Shown in pieces: positions 9,620 to 16,904 of a stretch of 44,391 bases of DNA (position 1 is the stretch's first letter; each line of letters starts with the position of its first letter). The notes under the pieces were generated by a model. That model saw only the letters and a list, made by a program, of their open reading frames with translations, did no database searches and was not told the origin of the DNA. The position numbers were made by a program, and so were the translations under genes. This DNA is from Candidatus Pacearchaeota archaeon CG10_big_fil_rev_8_21_14_0_10_32_14 (lineage in GTDB: Archaea > Nanobdellota > Nanobdellia > Pacearchaeales > GW2011-AR1): contig PFCY01000093.1 in NCBI GenBank assembly GCA_002763085.1, forward strand, positions 17,697 through 62,087. Reading direction: 5' to 3'.

Positions 9620-9840
9620 TATAACGATTAAATCAAATAATATACAACCAATAATAAATAATACATTAAATAAAATCTCATTCGACAAATAATAAAAGCC
9701 GGAAACTCCATTGAAAGACAAGTTTAACCTCCATCCGTTCCCCCACAGAAACTTTTATATATGTATGTACCTATGTATATACATCTGGGTAAGTCCTAGA
9801 GAGGTTTGTGTACCGGAATGGTGCACCTTATATTAAATCT

Positions 9841-10479
9841 CTAGGGTCCGGATAACTTTTGAAAAACCTCCTTCTTCATTACTATCTTAACCTTGATTAT
9901 TTCAATAAATCTTGGATCTTTAAATTCATAATTTCTAAATATTGCCCAAGAAACAAAATCTAAAACTTGTAAACATCCATCATTATAAGAATTTTCATGT
10001 TTGATAATAAACTTATTCAGGTGATTTTTTTCATTCATTGTCTTTTTAATATAATTGTCAAAATCGTCTCTTAATGACCTATTTGATTTAGACTTATCTA
10101 CAACTAAACAAACGGAAGATGTATCAAACGAACATTCGTTTAATATTAAGTTTGAAATATAATTATAGAGTTTATTCTTTTTATCTTTTAAATATTCATA
10201 GACCTTTGATTTTTCTAAAATAATAACAAAAACTTCAGCATTTGTCTTTGTGAATCTCTCTAAAACTTCTATTCTTATTTTGTCGGTGCTATTATTCCCT
10301 TTTATTTCAGGATATTTTTTTAACTCTTTTTTTATTAGCTTCTCTCTTACTTTTTTTATTATTCTTCGTAATGTATAAATCTCGCCTTCATCGCAAGAAA
10401 GAAGAGTTATGATGAAATACTTACTGGATCTCTCTTTAAAACCCAATTCACCACTTTCATCTAAAAAGATATATTTCAT
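9841..10479 (-). CDS. DUF3800-family protein
   Basis: N-terminus MKYIFLDESGELGF matches the DUF3800 (I/V)F(I/L)DESG signature. Isolated gene with long spacers on both sides. Confidence 0.65.
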   Translation of the reverse strand: MKYIFLDESGELGFKERSSKYFIITLLSCDEGEIYTLRRIIKKVREKLIKKELKKYPEIKGNNSTDKIRIEVLERFTKTNAEVFVIILEKSKVYEYLKDKKNKLYNYISNLILNECSFDTSSVCLVVDKSKSNRSLRDDFDNYIKKTMNEKNHLNKFIIKHENSYNDGCLQVLDFVSWAIFRNYEFKDPRFIEIIKVKIVMKKEVFQKLSGP

Positions 10480-10593
10480 ATACTATAACAAAAATCCTTA
10501 ATATAAAAAAGTTTATACCTCTCAACCTTATCATTTATCTCACTTAATGTAAATTATACATATACTCTGGAACAATAATCTTTATATTGTGTT

Positions 10594-10603
10594 TTGTATA
10601 CAA
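10594..10603. promoter_or_regulatory. Perfect 10-bp palindrome TTGTATACAA between the pncB TATA box and the predicted TSS (candidate operator)
   Basis: TATA TTTATATT is at 10581-10588. The palindrome lies 6-15 nt downstream. A further 7-bp-stem hairpin lies at 10608-10628 before ATG 10636. Confidence 0.4.
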
Positions 10604-10635
10604 TTAGTTATTGTAAACGCAACAATAACAATAAA

Positions 10636-11769
10636 ATGAAAACAAAAAAATTCGACTTCCCTAAGGACCACAAACCATATGCGGATAAGTATTTCTTAAG
10701 GACAAATGATATTTTGAGATCTGAAGGTTTAAATCCTTGGGTGAGGGCACAGGTGTTCATACGAAAAGGTCCTGGCGAAGTCTATGGAATTGATGAAGCT
10801 CTTGCAATTCTTGACAAATATTCAAACTTAAAGAAACATGGAGGAAGAGTTTTTGCTTTGAATGAAGGAGCTCATTACGAAAGTAAAGAAACTTTAATGT
10901 TAATAGAAGCTCACGTTCAGGATATTGTTGAACTAGAAACGATGTATCTTGGAGTGCTAAGTGCTCAAACAAAGAAGGCCAATGATCATAGAGGTGTAGA
11001 TCTTGAAGAAGTAACTCGGCGTATGGCTTAGGTAGTCGAAGCAGCTAATGGGAGACCTGTAACTTATTTCGGAGCTAGACACTGGAGATTCGATGAAGAC
11101 GCTGATATTGCTTACGCAACTTTCAAAGGCGGTGCGGTCGGAACCTCAACGGATATAGGCGCAGCAACATTCGGAAAAAAAGGAGAAGGAACAATCCCAC
11201 ATATTCTCGAAAACGTCATGGCTTACAAATATGGTCTTCAAAATGCCGTCGTTGAAGCTACAAAATCATTCGATAGACACATTGATTCAAATGTTCCGAG
11301 AATCGCATTGATAGATTATGCAAATAGAGAAGACACAGATACACTAAAAGTTGCAGACGCTTTAGGAAATAAATTGAATGCTGTAAGAGTCGATACTTGC
11401 GGAGAAAATGTTATGCAAGGCGGCACTCTCGGAAAATTAGAATATTGGGATGGAAACGGAGTTACAATCTTAGGAGTGGACTCATTAAATCGAGTTTTAA
11501 GAGATGTGAATAGAGAAGATGTAAAAGTAATATTAACAAGTGGATTTGGCGACGTTTCAAAAGTCGAGGCATTTGCATACGCAGAAAAATATTTAGGACG
11601 AAAATTATTCGACGGTCTTGGAGTTGGCGGTATCTTTGAATCACGAATGGCAACGATGGATGTAGTTGCGATAGGTGATGAAAGAGATCATATGATTCCT
11701 ATGTCAAAAGTCGGAAGAGTTTACAGACCAAATCCAAACTTGGAATTAAGACTTGGATGTGGAAAATGA
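10636..11769 (+). pseudogene. pncB: Nicotinate phosphoribosyltransferase, archaeal type, interrupted by an in-frame TAG at 11029-11031
   Basis: Homology to archaeal NAPRTase as I recall Thermoplasma Ta1145 (GTIPHIL, ALIDYANRE, VRVDTCG, ILTSGFGD, LGVGG) continues in the same frame right across the TAG. 62 in-frame codons lie between the TAG and the ATG of the second track ORF. Confidence 0.8.
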
Positions 11770-12335
11770 AAACAATATTTTTTGACGTAGACACACAAAA
11801 TGATTTTATGAATAAAGATGGAGCTCTCTATGTTACTGGCGCGGAATTAATCAAACCTAATTTAGAACAATTAACTGATTTTGCTAAATTAAATAATATT
11901 CCTGTTTTAGGAAATGTGGATAGACATTTTGGAACAATAGAGTTTAAAGAACGTGAAGGAGAACTTCAAAAATGGGGTGGACCTTTTCCGAATCATTGTA
12001 TGCATGGGGAAATTGGACAATTAAAAATATACGAAACCACTCTTGAACTTGGAAATTTAAAATTCGAAGATTCATATGATAGTGGATTATATATCCCACA
12101 TATGATTTATCATGGATTTCAAGAAACACCTATTCCAAAAAATGTTATTGAACTTTGGAAAACTCTCAATAAAATTAATCCGGTTGAAATCTTGGAAGAG
12201 TTCTGGGCTGATTGCAGGAGAGGAATTGATGATCTCCGTGTAAATAAGGCATTGGAAGAAATAAACTTAGTATATAACGGAAAGAAAAAACCAAAGAAGA
12301 TACAAAGGATGATTGTTCCACAAAAGAATTATTGA
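11766..12335 (+). CDS. Isochorismatase/nicotinamidase-like protein, with a C-terminal half unlike PncA (possibly degraded)
   Basis: N-terminus IFFDVDTQNDF..GALYV and PFPNHCMHG resemble PncA. The expected K and G-x-A-T-D-x-C-V catalytic Cys region was not found in any frame. ATGA overlap with the pncB stop. Confidence 0.45.
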   Translation: MKTIFFDVDTQNDFMNKDGALYVTGAELIKPNLEQLTDFAKLNNIPVLGNVDRHFGTIEFKEREGELQKWGGPFPNHCMHGEIGQLKIYETTLELGNLKFEDSYDSGLYIPHMIYHGFQETPIPKNVIELWKTLNKINPVEILEEFWADCRRGIDDLRVNKALEEINLVYNGKKKPKKIQRMIVPQKNY

Positions 12336-12390
12336 GAAACATAGCAAATTTCTTCATAGGATAGATTAATATATTCTGATGTGAATTTTA

Positions 12391-13338
12391 TTGCTCGGAG
12401 GAGAACTATTATATTGTCCAAGAATTACTCAAGTTATAAGTGAGTTGAATATTCATCCGATAATCACAACGAATGGTCATAGACTGAGAGACAAATCATT
12501 TAGAGAAAATTTAGATTACCAAAAAATTAAAGCGATGAATATTAGTTTACCTCATTATGATCACGCTAAAAGAATTGAAATCATGCGATGTCAAGGTCTA
12601 TCAAATCCTGATTTAGAAGAAATTGTGAAGAACATTCCATTGCAGGTAAGAATAAATGCATTGCTGATTAATGGTTATATAGATTCATTGGATGAAGTTC
12701 ACAAGATGATTGAATTTGCAAAATATCATGGAGCGCATTCAATTAAATTTGGAGAAATTACAGGCAACAACGAATCATCACACGACTTTGTATCTGATGA
12801 AGTAATGAGATATAATGTTGAGCATTATTGTAAAATCCCAATTTCAGAAATGTATAAAAAATGCCACGAAATTGGAGGAACCCATTATTATGATAATATT
12901 TCTGGTATTGATGTATATTTCAACTCTGCACCTGATTTCGCATTATCTGGAGGTAGAGATAAAAATGGAAAATATTATCACGCAGTTTTATTTAATGATG
13001 GAATGCAAGGAACCAGATATCATCCTAAACTTCCTGTTTGTCATGCGTATATAGTGAGTGAAAACTTAACCACAAGATTCTTTACTAATCCTATCACTTT
13101 TAGTAAATTTGATGAAAACCGAGACAATCTTTTTGAGTTGTTAGGAGAATTGGTGGATAAAGATTGTACCTTTATTCCCCGTCCCCACGATATTGTTTTA
13201 GCAACTGTATATCAACCCCATGAAAGCCAAATTGCTCAAGAAGACATTTCAAGAAGAACCTTTATGAGAGTAGAATATTCTCTAAAAAAATTCGATAGAA
13301 AAGATAATAGTAAAAACCATTTATTAGATACTGGTTAG
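12391..13338 (+). pseudogene. Radical SAM domain protein lacking the N-terminal CxxxCxxC segment (5'-truncated)
   Basis: Begins (TTG in the track) at the GGE SAM-binding motif: LLGGELLYCP...IITTNGHRL. Stops lie just upstream in frame (TGA 12382, TAA 12367). A possible, weaker upstream piece lies in another frame (12278-12361). Confidence 0.5.
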
Positions 13339-13401
13339 AAATATATAAATAGAGATGTCCCTCCTTACTTAATAAAAGAACTGCAGTTGACACTGGGTGG
13401 A

Positions 13402-14307
13402 ATGGAGAGAAGAGAATTTAAAATGAACCCCTCACAAATCCTCATCGTCCCGAAAATATCGAAAGTACAGCATGACATGAGACGGATGAACTTTGATAAA
13501 ATTCAGCTTGTAGAATTTTATAAAAAAGAAAAACTTCATGTTGATCGTATTTTTGAAAGTCATGACAGACAAGTCCACGCACTTGAGACGATAAAAAAAC
13601 ATCTTCCTCATGTTCGTGTTGTAAATAGAAATGAAATAACAAAAGATCTCGTATCAAAGTATAAACTTGTAATCACTTTAGGCGGAGATAATCATTTTCA
13701 GTATGTTTCACATTTTATAAAAGATTCTTTGATTCTTGGAATAAACAACGATCCTGAGCGGAGCGAAGGTGCACTCAATTCAATCACATCAAATGAAATA
13801 GAAAGTGTAATCCCAAAAATACTTGACGATGATTTTAAAATTGAGACTTGGACACGACTGGAAACTTCCGTTGAAGATATAACTATTTCAACTTTAGCAG
13901 TCTCTGAAATTTACATCGGAGAAGAATCGCGTTACACGATGTCAAGGCATCAGTTAATTCATAATAATGACGTTGAAGAACAAAAAGGTTCTGGACTTTT
14001 GATTTCAACTGGTGCAGGCTCGACCGGATGGTTCGATTCAGCGATACGGTATTTACATCCTAATGGAAAAGTCATAAGCCGCGATGCTAAAGAAGTTCAA
14101 TTTCTTCTCACGGAACCTCACAAAGGAAAATTTTCTATATACAAGATGACTCATGGAATAATAAAAGAAAACGATGTCTTTGAAATAATCTCACTCAATG
14201 ATTCTGATGGAGTTTTACTCATAGATTCTCTTGAGAAAATAAAAATAAAAGAAGGATCAAAAATTAAAATAAAGCTCGGAGAAAAACTTAGAGTTGTAAA
14301 TTTTTAA
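13402..14307 (+). CDS. nadK: NAD kinase, NADK2 (C5orf33)-like subtype
   Basis: ITLGGDNHF (GGDG-like), GINNDPERSEGAL, SEIYIGEE and EEQKGSGLLISTGAGSTGW closely resemble my recollection of human NADK2 (GVNTDPERSEGHL, NEVFIGE, EKQKSSGLNLCTGTGSKAW). Start chosen at the first ATG after the TATA at ~13340. Confidence 0.75.
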   Translation: MERREFKMNPSQILIVPKISKVQHDMRRMNFDKIQLVEFYKKEKLHVDRIFESHDRQVHALETIKKHLPHVRVVNRNEITKDLVSKYKLVITLGGDNHFQYVSHFIKDSLILGINNDPERSEGALNSITSNEIESVIPKILDDDFKIETWTRLETSVEDITISTLAVSEIYIGEESRYTMSRHQLIHNNDVEEQKGSGLLISTGAGSTGWFDSAIRYLHPNGKVISRDAKEVQFLLTEPHKGKFSIYKMTHGIIKENDVFEIISLNDSDGVLLIDSLEKIKIKEGSKIKIKLGEKLRVVNF

Positions 14308-14308
14308 A

Positions 14309-14758
14309 ATGAAATACATAGAATGTTCAGAGATTTATGTTCCGCGAAATGGAGAGATGCCACTTTTTTTAACTGGAGGAATATCTGAATGTGAAGTTTG
14401 ACAAGAAGATTTAATTGAAAAACTCAAATATTCTGATTTAACTTTAATAAATCCTAGAAGAAAAGATTACGATTTCAACGATCCAAACATTGAAACTCAG
14501 CAAGTAGAATGGGGGTTTGAGCATCTCCATAAGGCGAGGGGCGTTTCATTTCGGTTTCCGCCTCAAACTCTTTGTCCAATCACTCTTTATGAATTAGGAA
14601 AGATATCTGTTGGAAACAAACCACTTTTTATTAGAGTTCATCCTGATTATAAAAGAAAAAGGGATATTGAAATACAGACTGGACTTATAAGACCGGATGT
14701 TAAAATTGTCCATTCGCTTGATGATTTAGTAGAACAGATAAGGGAGTGGGGTCAATAG
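14309..14758 (+). pseudogene. Nucleoside 2-deoxyribosyltransferase-like protein with an in-frame TGA at 14399-14401
   Basis: MKYIECSEIYVPRNGEMPLFLTGGISECEV[TGA]QEDLIEKL... then 118 more in-frame codons to TAG at 14756. The LFLTGGI..C..(W)Q pattern is the N-terminal motif of this family as I recall it. Starts 1 nt after the nadK stop. Confidence 0.6.
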
Positions 14759-14783
14759 TGAAATCTACTCGGGATAATATAAA

Positions 14784-14794
14784 TCTTTAAATAT
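14784..14794 (+). promoter_or_regulatory. TATA box driving the 17-codon SDR stub
   Basis: TCTTTAAATAT, centre ~26 nt upstream of ATG 14815. Confidence 0.4.
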
Positions 14795-14916
14795 GAAATC
14801 TCCTCGATAAAAACATGGTAAAAAACATTTTAGTAAATGGAGCAAGCGGAAGTTTCATAAGCATATGATGTCTTCCAGGAAATAGAATGCTCACCATCAT
14901 CAAAATAATTTCTAAA

Positions 14917-14927
14917 CCTTTAAATAT
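14917..14927 (+). promoter_or_regulatory. TATA box for the NrtR-like gene
   Basis: CCTTTAAATAT, ~30 nt upstream of ATG 14954. Confidence 0.45.
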
Positions 14928-14953
14928 CTTCTCGTTTTTATTACACTATCAAA

Positions 14954-15631
14954 ATGAAAAAAACAGAATCACTTTCAGACTTTGAGCAACCATCAGTCAC
15001 CGTTGATATAGTTGTTTTTACAATTCGTGATGAAGAATTGAAAATACTCCTTGTTAAAAGAAATCTCGATCCATTCATAGATAAGTGGGCGCTTCCCGGA
15101 GGCTTTGTTCGAATCAATGAGTCGCTTGAAGATGCCGCAAAAAGAGAGCTCGTTGAAGAAACGGGCGTTAAAGATGTTTATTTAGAACAACTTTATACCT
15201 TCGGCGAACCAAAAAGAGACCCGCGAGGGCGTGTAATCACTGTCGCTTATATGGCTTTGATAAATTCTAATGAGATAACACTGAAAGCCTCCACAGATGT
15301 TAAAGAAACGGGTTGGTTTTCAATAAAAAAAATACCCCCTCTCGCCTTTGACCATAAAAAAATTCTATTTTACGCTCTAAAAAGATTACAATGGAAATTC
15401 GAATACACCCCAGTTTCATTTTCCTTGCTTGACGATGAATTCACAATAGGACAAATTCAGAAAATATATGAAATCGTATTTGACAAAGAATTCGACAAAA
15501 GAAATTTTGCAAAAAAAATATTATCCCTCGATATTCTCCAAGAAAAAGGGATAAAAAAAGATGTTTCTCATCGTCCACCCATGCTCTATTCTTTGAAAAA
15601 TAATCTCCCTAAAATAATTGAAATTATCTAA
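14954..15631 (+). CDS. nrtR: NrtR-like Nudix hydrolase fused to a C-terminal winged-helix domain (candidate NAD-metabolism regulator / ADP-ribose pyrophosphatase)
   Basis: Nudix box GGFVRINESLEDAAKRELVEETG, RDPRGRVITVAYMAL, then C-terminal FTIGQIQKIYEIVFDKEFDKRNFAKKILSL, which is typical of the NrtR wHTH domain. Confidence 0.75.
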   Translation: MKKTESLSDFEQPSVTVDIVVFTIRDEELKILLVKRNLDPFIDKWALPGGFVRINESLEDAAKRELVEETGVKDVYLEQLYTFGEPKRDPRGRVITVAYMALINSNEITLKASTDVKETGWFSIKKIPPLAFDHKKILFYALKRLQWKFEYTPVSFSLLDDEFTIGQIQKIYEIVFDKEFDKRNFAKKILSLDILQEKGIKKDVSHRPPMLYSLKNNLPKIIEII

Positions 15632-15692
15632 TATATTCGTTAATTCACACATATACTTAAATATTTCTTGATACAATTTCTTCAGATTTAAT

Positions 15693-15881
15693 ATGACAAA
15701 GGAAGAGGATTGGATTAGAGAGTCGGTGACTTTTTTTGTAGCATGGGTTATATGTATGGTCTTATGGTCAATTTGGTTAGAAGGGATATTTATCCCTATA
15801 ATCGGGATAATGACCACATTAGTTTTTGAATTTATACTCCATATATTTAGATTTCTTGAACATGGTACTTACATGGGATAA
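15693..15881 (+). CDS. Small two-TM membrane protein, hypothetical
   Basis: 62 aa with two hydrophobic helices. A TATA-like ACTTAAATATTT lies ~30 nt upstream. The overlapping antisense ORF 15521-15817 was rejected. Confidence 0.35.
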   Translation: MTKEEDWIRESVTFFVAWVICMVLWSIWLEGIFIPIIGIMTTLVFEFILHIFRFLEHGTYMG

Positions 15882-15974
15882 ACAATTCCACAACATTTAA
15901 ATGTATAATTGTCTATAGATAAATATGAAAAAAAATTTAATGATCTCGTTCATTGACAATATAGGATATATAAA

Positions 15975-16415
15975 ATGAGATATGAAAAATATTCAAAACC
16001 TATTTTAAGAATTTCTATGGCGTTAGTGTTTTTATATTTTGGATTTAGTCAAATGACATCTCCGGATAACTGGACTGGTTTTGTTCCTCAAAAAATCGTC
16101 GACTTAACTCCATTCACCGCAACTAATATAGTTATGATGAACTCAGTACTTGAATTGTGTTTAGGGCTTTTCTTGATTTTAGGGCTTTACACAAGATTTT
16201 CTGCATTAATTTTATCATTACATCTATTTGGAATAACAACCTCATTAGGATTTACCCATTTAGGCGTTAGAGATTTTGGGTTAGCATTTGCAACTTTAGT
16301 TGTTTTCTTAAATGGAAAAGATGATTATTGCATGGATAATAAGTTTTTAAGTAAAAAAGAAGTTTCAATACATATTGAAGTACCTGACCATGATCACAAT
16401 CATGAACATAAATAA
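15975..16415 (+). CDS. DoxX-family membrane protein with a His-rich C-terminal tail
   Basis: LRISMALVFLYFGFSQM and 4 TM helices are typical of DoxX. Tail is EVPDHDHNHEHK. Confidence 0.7.
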   Translation: MRYEKYSKPILRISMALVFLYFGFSQMTSPDNWTGFVPQKIVDLTPFTATNIVMMNSVLELCLGLFLILGLYTRFSALILSLHLFGITTSLGFTHLGVRDFGLAFATLVVFLNGKDDYCMDNKFLSKKEVSIHIEVPDHDHNHEHK

Positions 16416-16451
16416 TATTATTAATTCTTATCCATCAGATTTAATATAAAT

Positions 16452-16461
16452 CCTTATAAAG
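16452..16461 (+). promoter_or_regulatory. TATA box for the 16483 ORF
   Basis: CCTTATAAAG, centre 26 nt upstream of ATG 16483. Confidence 0.4.
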
Positions 16462-16482
16462 TATTAGTCATATTTAACTAAC

Positions 16483-16860
16483 ATGGCGCAAGAAATTAAA
16501 ACTGATTCTGGAGAAATTTTAATAGTTAGAGAAATACCTAAAGAGCATAAAATAAAATTTTTAGCAAAAAGTTTAGAAGGGGATAAATTTTACGTAGTTC
16601 ATGAACCTAATGAAAGTAAATACTCCGCGGATTATTGAATGGGAGTATATATTGGTAAACCTAATGCAATGCAAGAAGCAAGAATAAATGAAGTTGAAGT
16701 ATACCGAAATGGAGGATCAACAAAGATATTATATACCTTAAATAATCAAGAAGGGAAGTTATATTTTTCTCAGAGATTGGATGGTATAGGAAAGTCTTAT
16801 GATGAATATAAAGGTAGATTTGTAGAGTTAGAATTATTAGTAGTTGATGAAAATTTATAA
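16483..16860 (+). CDS. Hypothetical beta-rich protein: either one gene with an in-frame TGA (16636-16638) or two tiny abutting genes (16483-16638 and 16639-16860)
   Basis: ATG at 16483 lies 26 nt from the centre of the TATA CCTTATAAAG. 51 codons, then TGA, then an in-frame ATG and the 73-aa track ORF. Confidence 0.35.
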
Positions 16861-16904
16861 CAAAAAAGAAATAAGTTTAAATTCTATTTATCTTTCTAAT
16901 AATC

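Noticed and set aside
9699-9805. tRNA or RNase P RNA in the 379-bp spacer (GCCGGAA... acceptor-like end; GGTAAGTCC resembling CR-I GGAAAGUCC; ACAGAAA resembling CR-V)
   Set aside because: No complementary acceptor strand lies at tRNA distance. The two RNase P-like motifs are in the wrong order and only ~40 nt apart. Kept only as a generic candidate structured RNA.
10594-10635. TTG start at 10594 for pncB, and similarly TTG 38941 for ParB-like 1, TTG 13387 for nadK and ATG 19146 for the GT2
   Set aside because: These track starts are non-ATG or overlap upstream genes or TATA boxes. Downstream ATGs (10636, 38956, 13402, 19200) fit the promoter spacing and the homologous N-termini.
14399-14401. 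Selenocysteine at the internal TGA
   Set aside because: The expected residue at this position is Trp, not Cys. No SECIS-like stem-loop was noticed downstream, and no selenoprotein family is involved.
15521-15817. 98-aa minus-strand ORF overlapping the 3' end of the NrtR-like gene
   Set aside because: It overlaps a confident gene by 111 nt and also the small plus-strand membrane ORF, which has a properly spaced TATA box. It shows no homology.
15925-15978. 17-codon leaderless mini-ORF (MKKNLMISFIDNIGYIK) whose TGA overlaps the DoxX ATG
   Set aside because: It is too short and has no support beyond promoter spacing. More likely it marks a transcript 5' region of the DoxX gene.
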